The notes under the pieces: model-generated
What the model was told of the DNA's origin: nothing
The model's database searches: none
Seen by the model: the letters and a program-made list of their open reading frames with translations, nothing else
Made by a program: the position numbers and the translations under genes
In this document: one piece after another, positions 13,195 to 24,644 of the stretch
Layout: every line of letters starts with the position of its first letter
How positions within the stretch are numbered: position 1 is the stretch's first letter
NCBI RefSeq assembly: GCF_963921235.1
Contig: NC_086107.1
Location: 93,746,001-93,810,000, forward strand
DNA length: 64,000 bases
Direction: 5' to 3'
DNA from: Mobula hypostoma
Taxonomy: Eukaryota

Positions 13195-13680
13195 AAAGGC
13201 TCCAACCTGATTATATGAACAGCAATTTCTCCAATTTCATACTCCTCCTCCCCTCTTTTTTCCATTCCCTACCCTGGTTCCCCTCTTACCCCTTCTTTCT
13301 CCTCACCTGTCCAACATCTGCTAAGCACCCCTCCTCCTTCCCTTTCTCCAATGGTCTACAGTCTTCTCCAATCAGAGTCCTTCTTCTTCAGCCCTAGATC
13401 TTTTCCGCCTATCACCTCTCAGCTTCTCAGTTCACCCTCCCCCCCACTTCTATCACCCAACTAGCTTCACCTATCACCTGCCAGCTTGTACTCCTCCCCC
13501 ACTCCCCCACCTTCTTAATCTGGCTCCCGTCCCCTTCCTCTCCAGTCCTGATGAAGGTTCTCAACCTGAAACGTCAACTGTTTGATCCTCTCCACAGATG
13601 CTGCCTGACCAGCCGAGTTTCTCCAGCATTTTGCGAGGTTTGCTCTGGTTTTCCACCATCTGCAGAAGCTCTTACGTTTA
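13195..13680 (+). mobile_element. Penelope 3' end (end of ORF plus terminal repeat)
   Basis: ctccaacctgattatatgaac...ttctccaatttc corresponds to LQPDGMNIDFSNF of the Penelope ORF at 57594; pyrimidine-rich UTR and hammerhead follow. Confidence 0.75.
13543..13580 (+). ncRNA. Minimal type I hammerhead ribozyme motif
   Basis: cagtc-CTGATGA-aggtt(ctc)aacct-GAAA-cGTC-aactg: intact core, perfect 5-bp helix II, GUC cleavage triplet, helix I cagt/actg with one mismatch next to the core. Confidence 0.7.
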
Positions 13681-13947
13681 GCTTTCCCTGTTGCTCTTCA
13701 GTAGTCGAGACGTGAAGGGTGCGGTCCTGAGCGACCTCCCTCACTTTGTCCGTTCTGTGCAGCGAGAGTCACTCCCCCCAACAACCCACTCCATTGTGAG
13801 ATTATCCTGGCATCCTCATGAATGAAGACTAACCTTCCAATCACTATGCTGCCCCGAGGTGGGAAAGTCAGCCGGACCCTTGGGTTGCAGGCTAGTATTT
13901 TGAAGGAAGTGGCTCAAAGATGGGACAGAAAGGATGGAAACATAGAC

Positions 13948-14200
13948 GGACAGCACAGTCACATTGAAGTTGGCACAGCGCTTTACAGCACCAGCAATTA
14001 GTGATCAGCATTAAATTCCTGCTGCTGTCGGTAAGGAGTTTGCTTGTTCTCCCCATGACCACGTGGGTTTCCTCTGGGTGCTCCAGTTCCCTCCCACATT
14101 CCAAAGACGTAGGGATTAGGGTTAGTGAGTTTGGGCATGCTTTGTTGTCACCAGAATGGGCTGCCCCGACGCATTTTGGATCATGTTGATTTCGATGTTT
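13948..14200 (+). mobile_element. V-SINE (HE1-like)
   Basis: V-domain-like ggagtttgcttgttctccccatgaccacgtgggtttcctctgggtgctccagttccctcccacattccaaagac. Confidence 0.7.
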
Positions 14201-14206
14201 TGATGA

Positions 14207-15562
14207 GCAGTGCAGTGCTATATATATACTTCGGAGGCCTAAGACTTCTGCACAGTACTCTAGTAATTTTATGTATTCCACTGTACTGCTGTCACAAAAA
14301 AAAAATTAGATTTATTGACATATGTCGGGGGGAGGAGAAGATGGCGGCGCGACACAGCGCGCGTGGCCATTCCGAATGATATTGTATCTGTGAAGTAGGA
14401 TGCTGTGCACAATCCTGATTTGATAGAGACAGACGTGAAGAAGCACGGAGGAACATCTGGAGTAACTTCTGAAATGCCCGCTTCACTGCCGCTGCTACTG
14501 CGCAATCGAGAATCGAGATCCAGAGGGAAGGCCCCAAATCCTCGGCCTTGCGTATCGCCTGTTGCCGGGGCCGGGGTCGAAGCACTCAGCAAAGATGGTG
14601 CTCGGTTCATGGGTGTCAGGGAGCTGGTCGGAGGCTCGGAGTTTTCGGACAGACTCGGAGTCGGACTGTGGTCGGATGCTTCCAGGATGCTGCATCGGCA
14701 AGTTTGCGGTGCTGGAGGTTTACCGTCTGCGTGAGATGATGGGACTTTCGAGAGACTCTGTGATTTTACCATGCCCATGGTCTGTTCTTATCAAATTACG
14801 GTATTGTTTTGCACTGTTGTAACTACATGTTATAATTATATTGTTTTCGTCAGTTTTTCTGTCTTAGTTTATCATGTGTCTCTGTGATATCATTCTGGAA
14901 AAACATTGTATCATTTCTTAATGCATGCAATACTAAATGACAATAAAAGAGGACTGTGTGTCCTCATAATCTAATCTAATCTAATATGTGAGTGATGATA
15001 AACCTGATTCTGATATGGATCTCCGTTGTGGACTGAGAGTGGGAAGGGGGCAGGGAGAGGGGAATCATGGTTGGGAAAAGGGGAAGGGAGAGGGGAGGAA
15101 GTGGGAAGCACCCGAGAGACATTCTGTAATGATCAATAAACCAATTGTTTGGAATCAAATTACCTTGTCTGATGTCTCAGGGCTGGGTGTGTCTGCACCT
15201 GCACCACCCCTCACTCCTGGCACCCCTTCTCTGCCACCTGGCCAGGCAGGGTCATTTGATTCCAAACAATTGGTTTCTTGATCATTACAGAATGTCCCTC
15301 TGGTACTTCCCACTCCCTCCCCTCTCCCCTTCCCCTTTTCCCAACCATGATTCCCCTCTCCCTGCCCCCTTCCCACTCTCAGTCCACAACAGAGACCCAC
15401 ATCAGAATCAGGTTCATCATCACTCACATATGTCATGAAATTTTCTTTGTGTTCAGCAGTACAGTGGAAATTTACTGCACTGTGAAATTTTAGAGTGCTG
15501 TGTAAAAGAATTAGTCAGCCTAGCTGTATATATATGTGTCTGAGACTTTTGTTCTGTACTGT
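14207..15562. mobile_element. Composite Tc1-type element, copy B: two head-to-head partial copies, with an insertion
   Basis: Minus-orientation part 14207-15240 and plus-orientation part 15242-15562; hairpin modules at both outer ends. Confidence 0.75.
14326..14983 (+). mobile_element. Non-autonomous CpG-rich retroelement with (CTAAT)n tail
   Basis: TSD ATATGT at 14320-14325 and 14984-14989; starts ggggggaggagAAGATGGCGG; AATAAA then ctaatctaatcta tail. Confidence 0.8.
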
Positions 15563-16311
15563 AATTGTTCAGTAGATCGTCCAGTTATTGTAATACAGCT
15601 GATTCTGTATATTTCTAAAAAAAATTCTTGGTTTTTCTTCAGCAGGTGTCACACCACTCGAATCTGGCAATTTTATAGGTTAATTATTGTCACTGGAATG
15701 TTATTATCTCTCCTCTGAGCATGAGGGGACCGTAAACAAGCAAAAACTGCAGACGCTGGAAATCCAAAGCAAGACACACACAAAATGCTGGAGGAACTCA
15801 GCAGGTCAGGCTGCACCTATGGAAATGAATAAACAGTCGACGTTTCGGGCCGAGACGATCATGACTTTTTTTCTTTTGTCGCTGTTTGTTCTTTGATCCT
15901 ATAACGCTTAACAAAACGGCCATAACCGCCAACTTTTATGCCTCATTCTTGACTTCTGTAGAACCTCAGAAAACAAATATCACCCGATCCAACAAGTCTT
16001 ATGGTCTTATGAAGTGACGGTGATGGGCAATGCACCATTACAACACATTGTATATACACACATACACGTGCACTAGACCTTACCAGGCAGTCAGCAGTGG
16101 AAATGGTAAGCAGCTTCAAATGTCAGGTCGTCAACATCTTGGGGGATCTATCCTGCATGAACCACTTAGATAAAAACCATGAAGAAAGCCTGACAGCATC
16201 TCTTCTTTCTTAGAGGCTTGAAGGAGACTCGGCGTGTTATCGAAGACTGACAAAGTTCAACAAACAGATGGTGAAAAGCATTCTGACTGGTTACATCATA
16301 AGACCGTAAGA

Positions 16312-16830
16312 CTACTACTACTAATACTACGTCGACTCAGGCCTAGGGGGCCGGCGTTGGGCACGATGACGGACTCTCCACTTCTCCCTCGCCCTCATCA
16401 GTGTGCTCAGTTCATCTACATTAGCCGCGCCGCTGTCTTCTAGGAGCGTGTTGACCATAGTCTTGGGAGGGCGCCCAAGGTTCATCCTCCCGTGCTTGGG
16501 CTCCCATATGATGACTAGGCTGGCAGGTAGCTCGGGGTGGCGTAGACAGTGCCCCACTAGTTGCAGTCTTCTCGCCTCGATTTTAGTGGTGAGCATCGGT
16601 AGGTTGTTATAGAGCTCGATGTTCATTATGTGCCGTTGCCAACTCACATCAAGAGCCATCCGGAGCATTCGTGTATAGCAACCATTTAGAGACTTTCGCA
16701 TAGTCTTGGTGAGTGTCCACGTCTCGCATCCGTACGTGAGAATGGACTCTATGACTGCTATGAAGATCCTCTTTTTAAGCCCTCTGGTCAGGTTCGACTT
16801 CCAGATTTCCTTCATGAAGGAAATCTGGAA
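16312..16830 (-). mobile_element. RTE-group LINE 3' fragment
   Basis: ORF 16327-16899 ESILTYGCETWTLT..RMLRMALDVSW..RRLQLVGHCLR..GRP; (TAG)n tail, seen as actactacta on the plus strand. Confidence 0.8.
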
Positions 16831-16844
16831 TGAAGGACATGAAC

Positions 16845-17225
16845 CGTGAGAGATAGAAGCAAACTTAGGCCTTTCGGCCCATTGAGTCTGCTTTACCATT
16901 TGATCATGGCTGAATTATTATCTCTCTCAGGTCTATTTCTTTGCCTTCTCCCCATAACCTTTGACACTCTTACTAATCAAGAACCTATTAACCTCCTGTT
17001 TAAATATACCCAATGACTTGGCCTCAACAGACATCTGGGGTAATGAATTCCACAGATTCACAACCATCTGGCTAATGAAAGTCCTCCTCATTTCTGTTCT
17101 AAAGGGATGTCCTTGTAATCTGAGGCTGTGCCCTCTGGTCCTAGACACTCCCACTATTGGAAACATCCTCTCCACGTCCACTCTGTATAGGTCTTTCAAT
17201 ATTTGATAGGTTTCAGTGAGATTCC
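16845..17225 (-). mobile_element. CR1 3' fragment
   Basis: ORF 16933-17199 RTRGHSLRL..FRTEMRR..VVNLWNSLP. Confidence 0.8.
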
Positions 17226-17788
17226 CTGCCTGGCATGGGGAACTGGTGTCAAAATGGTTGTGTCAAAATGGTTGTTGTGATATGTCTAGTGTGGTAGTGT
17301 AGTGGGTAGTGCGTGCTGCTCTCATTTTCAGCTTCTACTGCTGACTAACAGTCTTGCAAAAAGGGGAGCTGAATGTGTACGTCTCTCCATGCCAGTACGT
17401 AGCCTCTACAACAGCAAGCCTCATGTAGTGAGGCCACACACGGAAACAGAACTCCTTTCGGAATCAGGCTGAACTACAGAGGATGGGCAGGATGTCTGAC
17501 CCCTGCACACGTAGCACGCAGGCCTAGCGGTGTGTGGACACGGCCTGGTGCTCGCAGCATGCCCACAACGCTCGTCAGAACAACGCAGAGCAAAACAACA
17601 ACAGCAAAACAAACCCTGATGGTGACACCCATTGTCAGGTCCCCCGCCATCCGTTCATGCCCACTTCTCAGTGTCTGCATCAGACAGGAGGTACAGGACC
17701 CTGAAAACCCACACCTCAAGCTTCTTCCCCATCGCCATGAGGGTTTGAACCCACCTGAAAGACCCTAACCCCACTGTGTAATGTATTG

Positions 17789-17829
<41 letters not shown>

Positions 17830-18208
17830 TTCTCTATCCGTCACTCTTTCTATCTCTCTCTCTCTCTCATGTCTAATGCTGTTATGTTTATTTTGTTTAT
17901 TTTCCTCAGTACGGTATAACTTATGCCAGTTTAAGTCTATGTTGATTTATACTTATCACATTCATGATGAACTGTGGTGCTGCTGTGAAAAGCTCATTAT
18001 AATGACATTGATAGCCTAAGTATGTGTGCCCAATATAATAAACTTGAAACTTGAACTTGCAACTTTAACCACGTGAGCCTGTGGCAAAGAAGTAGTAGAT
18101 CTCCTTGGGGAGAGGAGTTCAGCCATGAAAACACAGATGAAGAGCTTGAGAGAGGATGGAAAACTTGAGCCGGTGCCCACATTAGTCAGGAAGATCAATA
18201 TGGCGCAT

Positions 18209-20275
18209 TTATATCGCCAGGGTGCCTAAGACTCTTGCACAGCACTGTATTTGCCAACGCGTTGCGGAGAGCAAGTTTGTAACTCTAGTGGGAGCAACGG
18301 ATTTTGGGAATAGCGAAGGTGCAGTGCGGTGGGAGGGGTGTGGGACAGTTGGCAGAGGAGTTCCAGGGCAGACAGTGTGGGGGTGATGCAGCTGCAGACA
18401 CACCCAGCCCTCAGACACCAGGTAAAGTTCTTTGATTCCAGACAATTGTTCATTGATCAATACAGAATGTCTCTCTGGTGTTTCCCGGTCCATCCCCCTT
18501 TTCCCAACTGTGATTCCACTCTCCCTGCCCTTTTTCCCAGCCATGATTCCCCTCTCCCTTTTCCCAACCATGATTCCCCTCTCCCTTTCCCTTTTCCCAA
18601 CCATGATTCCCCTCTCCCTTCCCCTTTTCCCAACTATGGTTCCCCCTTTCCCTTCCCCTTTTCCCAACCATGATTCCCCTCTCCCTTCCCCTTTTCCCAA
18701 CCATGATTCCCCTCACCCTTCCCCTTTTTCCAACCATGATGCCCTGCTCCTTTTCCCAACCATGATTCCCCTCTCCCTTTCCCTTTTCCCAACCATGATT
18801 CCCTTCTCCCTTCCCCTTTTCCCAACCATGATTTCCCTCTCCCTTCCCCTTTTCCCAACCATGATTCCCCTCTCCCTTTCCCTTTTCCCAACCATGATTC
18901 CCCTCTCCCTTCCCCTTTTCCCAGCTATGGTTCCCCCTTTCCCTTCCCCTTTTCCCAACCATGATTCCCCTCTCCCTTCCCCTTTTCCCAACCATGATTC
19001 CCCTCACCCTTCCCCTTTTTCCAACCATGATGCCCTGCTCCTTTTCCCAACCATGATTCCCCTCTCCCTTTCCCTTTTCCCAACCATGATTCCCCTCTCT
19101 CTTCCCCTTTTCCCAACCATGGTTCCCCCTCTCCCTTCCCCTTTTCCCAACCATGATTCCCCTCACCCTTCCCCTTTTCCCAACCATGATTCCCCTCTCC
19201 CTTTCCCTTTTCCCAACCATGATTCCCCTCTCCCTTCCCCTTTTCCCAACCATGGTTCCCCCCCCTTCTCCTTTTCCCAACCATGATTCCCCTCTCCCTT
19301 CCCCTTTTCCCAACCATGATTCCCCTCACCCTTCCCCTTTTCCCAACCATGATTCCCCTCTCCCTTTCCCTTTTCCCAACCATGATTCCCCTCTCCCTTC
19401 CCCTTTTCCCAACTATGGTTCCCCCTTTCCCTTCCCCTTTTCCCAACCATGATTCCCCTCTCCCTTCCCCTTTTCCCAACCATGATTCCCCTCACCCTTC
19501 CCCTTTTTCCAACCATGATGCCCTGCTCCTTTTCCCAACCATGATTCCCCTCTCCCTTTCCCTTTTCCCAACCATGATTCCCCTCTCTCTTCCCCTTTTC
19601 CCAACCATGGTTCCCCCTCTCCCTTCCCCTTTTCCCAACCATGATTCCCCTCTCCCTTTCCCTTTTCCCAACCATGATTCCCCTCTCCCTTCCCCTTTTC
19701 CCAACCATGGTTCCCCCCTTTCCCCTTTTCCCAACCATGATTCCCCTCTCCCTTCCCCTTTTCCCAACCATGATTCCCCTCTCCCTTCCCCTTTTCCGAA
19801 CCATGATTCCCCTCACCCTTCCCCTTTTCCCAACCATGATGTCCTGCTCCTTTTCCCAACCATGATTCCCCTCACCCTTCCCCTTTTCCCAACCATGATG
19901 CCCTGCTCCTTTTCCCAACCATGATTCCCCTCTCCCTTCCCCTTTTCCCAACCATGATTCCCCTCTCTCTTCCCCTTTTCCCAACCATGGTTCCCCCTCT
20001 CCTTTCCCCTTTTCCCAACCATGATTCCCCTTCTCCCTGCCCCCTTCCCACTCTCAGTCCACAACAGAGACCCATATCAGAATCAGGTTTATCATCACTC
20101 ACAGGTTATGAAATTTGTTTTTGTTTTTTTGTGGCAGCAGTACAATGCAATACATAAAATTACTACCACACTGTGCAAAAGTCTTAGCGCATATATATAT
20201 ATAGTCTTATAGCCTATAGTCATACATACATATATATATACACACACACACCTGAGATTTTTGCACAGTACTGTA
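18209..20275 (+). mobile_element. Composite Tc1-type element, copy C, inflated by an internal minisatellite
   Basis: gggtgcctaagactcttgcacagcactgta at the left, hairpin module at 20164-20275, cargo on both sides of the array. Confidence 0.8.
18497..20040. repeat. 33-bp pyrimidine-rich minisatellite, roughly 46 units
   Basis: Unit ccatgattcccctctcccttccccttttcccaa with recurring variants; 11-aa periodicity (FPTMIPLSLPL) in the ORF track. Confidence 0.95.
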
Positions 20276-20364
20276 CATCTCTGAGAACTTTGTGGGTGCA
20301 AAACTTTCAATGATGGGTTCGTCTACGCCTATCATCTATCTATCTTTTGGCCATCATCTTGTAG

Positions 20365-20815
20365 GAGAGACATGGTTAAACTGGAAATAACCTGGAAAAG
20401 ATTTACGAGGAATTTGCCCGGATTGGAGGGCCTGAGTTAGAGAGAGAGGTTGGCTGTGGTAGTTCTTTAATCCTTGGAAAACAAGAGAATGATACAGAAA
20501 TGTTTAAAATTATAATAAACGTAAACAAGGTCAGTGGTTACAGTCTTTCCCCCAGAGTAGGGGAGTCCAAAATTATGGTGCAGAGATTTAGGGTGAGAGG
20601 GGGAAGTTTTAAAATGGGATCTGAGGAGCAACTTTTTCACATAGAGGGTGGTGGGTATACGGAGCGAGAGCCAGAGGAAGTGGTTGAGGCATGTACAATA
20701 TTGGACAGGTACATGGAAGAGAGGGGCTCAGGATACGTGCTGAACGCTGGAAATAGAAACTAACTGGTTGGATCGAAGGAGCTGTATCCATGCTGTCTGA
20801 CGCTATGACTCTATA
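20365..20815 (+). mobile_element. Old CR1 3' fragment
   Basis: Degenerate RFTR..LEGLSYRERL and FRVRGGSFK; ctatgactctataact tail. Confidence 0.6.
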
Positions 20816-20837
20816 ACTCTACCTTGTTTGGCCCGTC

Positions 20838-20851
20838 GTTGCCATAGCAAC
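20838..20851. promoter_or_regulatory. RFX X-box consensus site (candidate)
   Basis: GTTGCCATAGCAAC palindrome in non-repeat sequence with flanking CpGs retained. Confidence 0.4.
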
Positions 20852-21406
20852 GGCCCCTGGCATGTAAAATTGCCTCAGGCCTCACCACTAAGATGGCAAG
20901 CACATGAGGATCTCAGCCGTTAAATACTGGAGAAAACACTTCAATGCTGTTAGATGTGACTTGTTCTGAGTTTAGATGGTGTTGTTGAGCTGTCAGGGGT
21001 TCAGACACTCATCACAGGTTTCCCAACCTCTGACCTGCTGTTGTAATGATGGTTACCATATGACTGGTCGAACTCAGGCTCTGGGCAATGGATGTTAATG
21101 ATGGAGCCTCCACAGTAAAATGCCACTGTAAAGGTGGTTCAATTCTCTCTCTTGTTAGAGATGGCCATTGCCTGGCATCAGATCCAGGTTTATTATCACT
21201 GAGTAACACACACAAAACACTGGAGTTTCTCAGCAGGTCAGACAGCATGTATGGAGAGGATAAAGGATCTCAGCCTGAAGTGTTGACTCTTTACTTCTCT
21301 CCATAGATGCTGCCCGACCTGCTGAGTTCCTCCAGCATTTTGTACATTATGCTCTGGATTTCCAGCACCTGCAGAGCCTCCTCTGTTTATCATCACAAAC
21401 AAGTGT

Positions 21407-22091
21407 TGTAGCCAGCCTCAGGGTCGCTCGGCTCGCTGTCGTTTAGGGAAACAGCCCTCAGCCCTGCCAGACTGGGTAATTAGTTTGTGCAGATGCTGTG
21501 TGATGTATCCCACCCCACCCAAATAACAGTCAATACACCAGATAGGATTAAACGATTTACAGTTTATAGATATTACTGGAACTATCTAATTATTAGAGAA
21601 TAAAATATAAAAGGAAAATAAAAGGCGCCACACTTATCAAAGTTCAATCTCTTTGTGCACAAACAGTTGGAGCTCGGAACCCTTCTTCTTCACCCTGCAA
21701 CCCCTCGGACCACCTCGACCGGCCACCTGGAACCAACAACGGTGGTCAACCAGACGCTCCACACGAGTCCGTCTCTGTCTCCTCGCCGAACGCCCTCCTC
21801 GGGGTCCGACCCCGTTAGCGGACTCACAGCACCTGGTCCATCCTCTGTCTCTCTCTCCCGCCTTCTGCCCCAAAACCCCGCGCATACAATATCTTACAGA
21901 TACACCAAAAACATAACAACTATCGCAATTGGTTCATAACACCATCTTATCAGTAATGTGATTCAACAAACTGCTAGTGGGAGGACTTTCTCAGCATTTA
22001 ACATAACAAAGAAGCATTCCCAAGTATAATATAACAAAGAAGCCATTTTAATTAGCCTACGCAGTAACATAAGAGACGAAACCCCCTTACA
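21407..22091 (-). mobile_element. Probable solo LTR (Gypsy-like), 685 bp
   Basis: TGTA...TACA termini (minus strand tgtaaggggg...ggctggctaca); CpG-rich interior; interrupts an older LINE tail; no clean TSD. Confidence 0.6.
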
Positions 22092-22395
22092 CTTGTGAAA
22101 TGGATTGTCTATGGCTACAGTATAGTGCAATACATAAAAAAAACTATAAATTAGAATAAGAACTAGATGTAAAAAAGTAAGTAAAATGAGCAAAATAGTG
22201 AGGTAGTGTTTATGAGTTCAGTGTCCGTTCAGGAATCTGATGGCAGAGGGGAAGAAGCTGTTCCTGAAACTTTGAGTGTAGATCTTCAGGCTCCTGTATC
22301 TCCTCCCTGATGGCTGTAATGAGGTGGGTGCGTGGTCTGGGTGATAAAGAAAGCAGCTCATATACTGAGGACCTCCTGCCTCCCCAGTGTCCTAT

Positions 22396-23609
22396 ATAGA
22401 AACATAGAAACATAGAAAATAGGTGCAGGAGTAGGCCATTCGGCCCTTCGAGCCTGCACCGCCATTTATTATGATCATGGCTGATCATCCAACTCAGAAC
22501 CCCGCCCCAGCCTTCCCTCCATACCCCCTGACCCCTGTAGCCACAAGGGCCATATCTAACTCCCTCTTAAACATAGCCAATGAACTGGCCTCAACAGTTT
22601 CCTGTGGCAGAGAATTCCACAGATTCACCACTCTCTGTGTGAAGAAGTTTTTCCTAATCTCGGTCCTAAAAGGCTTCCCCTCTATCCTCAAACTGTGACC
22701 CCTCGTTCAGGACTTCCCCAACATCGGGAACAATCTTCCTGCATCTAGCCTGTCTAATCCCTTTAGGATCTTATACGTTTCAATCAGATCCCCCCTCAAT
22801 CTTCTAAATTCCAACGAGTACAAGCCCAGTTCATCCAGTCTTTCTTCATATGAAAGTCCTGCCATCCCAGGAATCAATCTGGTGAACCTTCTTTGTACTC
22901 CCTCTATGGCAAAGATGTCTTTCCTCAGATTAGGGGACCAAATCTGCACACAATACTCCAGGCGTGGTCTCACCAAGGCCTTGTACAACTGCAGTAGTAC
23001 CTCCCTGCTCCTGTACTCAAATCCTCTCGCTATAAATGCCAGCATACCATTCGCCTTTTTCACCGCCTGCTGTACCTGCATGCCCACTTTCAATGACTGG
23101 TGTATAATGACACCCAGGTCTCGTTGCACCTCCCCTTTTCCTAATCGGCCACCATTCAGATAATAATCTGTTTTCCTATTTTTGCCACCAAAGTGGATAA
23201 CTTCACATTTATCCACATTAAATTGCATCTGCCATGAGTTTGCCCACTCACCCAACCTATCCAAGTCACTCTGCATCCTCTTAGCATCCTCCTCACTGCT
23301 AACACTGCCACCCAGCTTCGTGTCATCCGCAAACTTGGAGATGCTGCATTTAATTCCCTCATCCAAGTCATTAATATATATTGTAAACAACTGGGGTCCC
23401 AGCACTGAGCCTTGCGGTACCCCACTAGTCACCGCCTGCCATTCTGAAAAGGTCCCGTTTATTCCCACTCTTTGCTTCCTGTCTGCTAACCAATTCTCCA
23501 CCCACACCAATACCTTACCCCCAATACCGTGTGCTTTAAGTTTGCACACTAATCTCCTGTGTGGGACCTTGTCAAAAGCCTTTTGAAAATCCAAATATAC
23601 CACATCCAC
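22396..23609 (-). mobile_element. Young 5'-truncated CR1 (RT region)
   Basis: Open 300-aa [30 protein letters not shown]; (catagaaa)n tail; possible TSD atatag at 22394-22399 and 23610-23615. Confidence 0.95.
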
Positions 23610-23838
23610 ATATAGCAGGTCTTATTATTTCAGTGTGATATTGGTGCCACCTTGCAAAAAGCGGGCATGTCCTGGGTAGTGAGGGTCCCTAGTGATGGAT
23701 GCTTGAGGGATTGTCTCAAACCACTTCTCTGCCTATGCCTGGATTATAAAGGGTTAATCTCTGAGCTTGTCAAACGTCGTCACTGTGGCCTTGAACGAAA
23801 CAGAACTAGCCATAGAAATTTTGACTACAACTGTGGGG

Positions 23839-24318
23839 ATAGATAGATAGATGGACAGATACTTTATTGATCCCAAAGGAAATGACAGTGTCACAGTAGC
23901 ATTACAAGTGCACAGATATACAAATATTAGAAGAGAAGTAAGAAAGAATAAAAAAAAATAAGTTACCACAAACAGTCTAACAGGAGGGGGTCATCACTTT
24001 GCTGACTATAGATTGGCTCATTATAGAGCCTAATGGCCAAGGGTAAGAATGACCTCATATAACACTCTTTGGAGCAGCATGGTTGTCTTAGTCTATTACT
24101 GAAAGTGCTCCTCAGCCAAGGTGGAATGCAGAGGGTGAGAGATATTGTCCAGAATTGCCAGGATTTTCCATGGGGTTGTTTGTTCTATCACAGCCTCCAG
24201 TGTGTCCAGTTTGACTCCTATAACAGAGCCAGCCTTTCTAATCAGTTTATTGAGCCTGTTGGCATCACTCGGGTTAACGCCATTGCCCTGACACACCACC
24301 GCAAAGAAGATTGTACAC
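23839..24318 (-). mobile_element. Rex1/Babar-type LINE 3' fragment with (TATC)n tail
   Basis: ORF 24096-24299 DANRLNKLIRKAGSVIG..ILDNISHPLH; gata repeats at 23839-23860. Confidence 0.75.
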
Positions 24319-24644
24319 TATTGAAATACAACAGTGAGAACATGAAGATCAGGTGAGTACAGGGGTGGGACTCATGAAGTATGGTGACAAGTGATGATTG
24401 GTTCTGGTGTGGTGCTTTGAACTGGTGTTAATGTATTGGTCTGCTTTCTGCAGAATTTGTTTTCAGTGGATTGAGTATAGAAATAGAGTGGTTGGGGGCT
24501 TGAGAATTGTTGTTCAAGGCCTTACCGACTGGCTGGTCATGAATAACCCCACGAATCGGGCAGAGTGAGAGGTGTGCTGCAGTAAGAGGGGTCCGTGAGT
24601 ACATAGATACATAAGTATTTTCATGCTTGCTATTCTGTCCTAAG

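Noticed and set aside
15600..15720. Possible small exon after ttttcttcag
   Set aside because: No recognisable peptide and no convincing donor site; cannot be supported without RNA data
18432..19984. Long ORFs of 200-290 aa on both strands
   Set aside because: They are translations of a 33-bp tandem repeat with no in-frame stops
18497..20040. CRISPR-like regular repeats
   Set aside because: Units are head-to-tail with no unique spacers, there are no cas genes, and the context is eukaryotic
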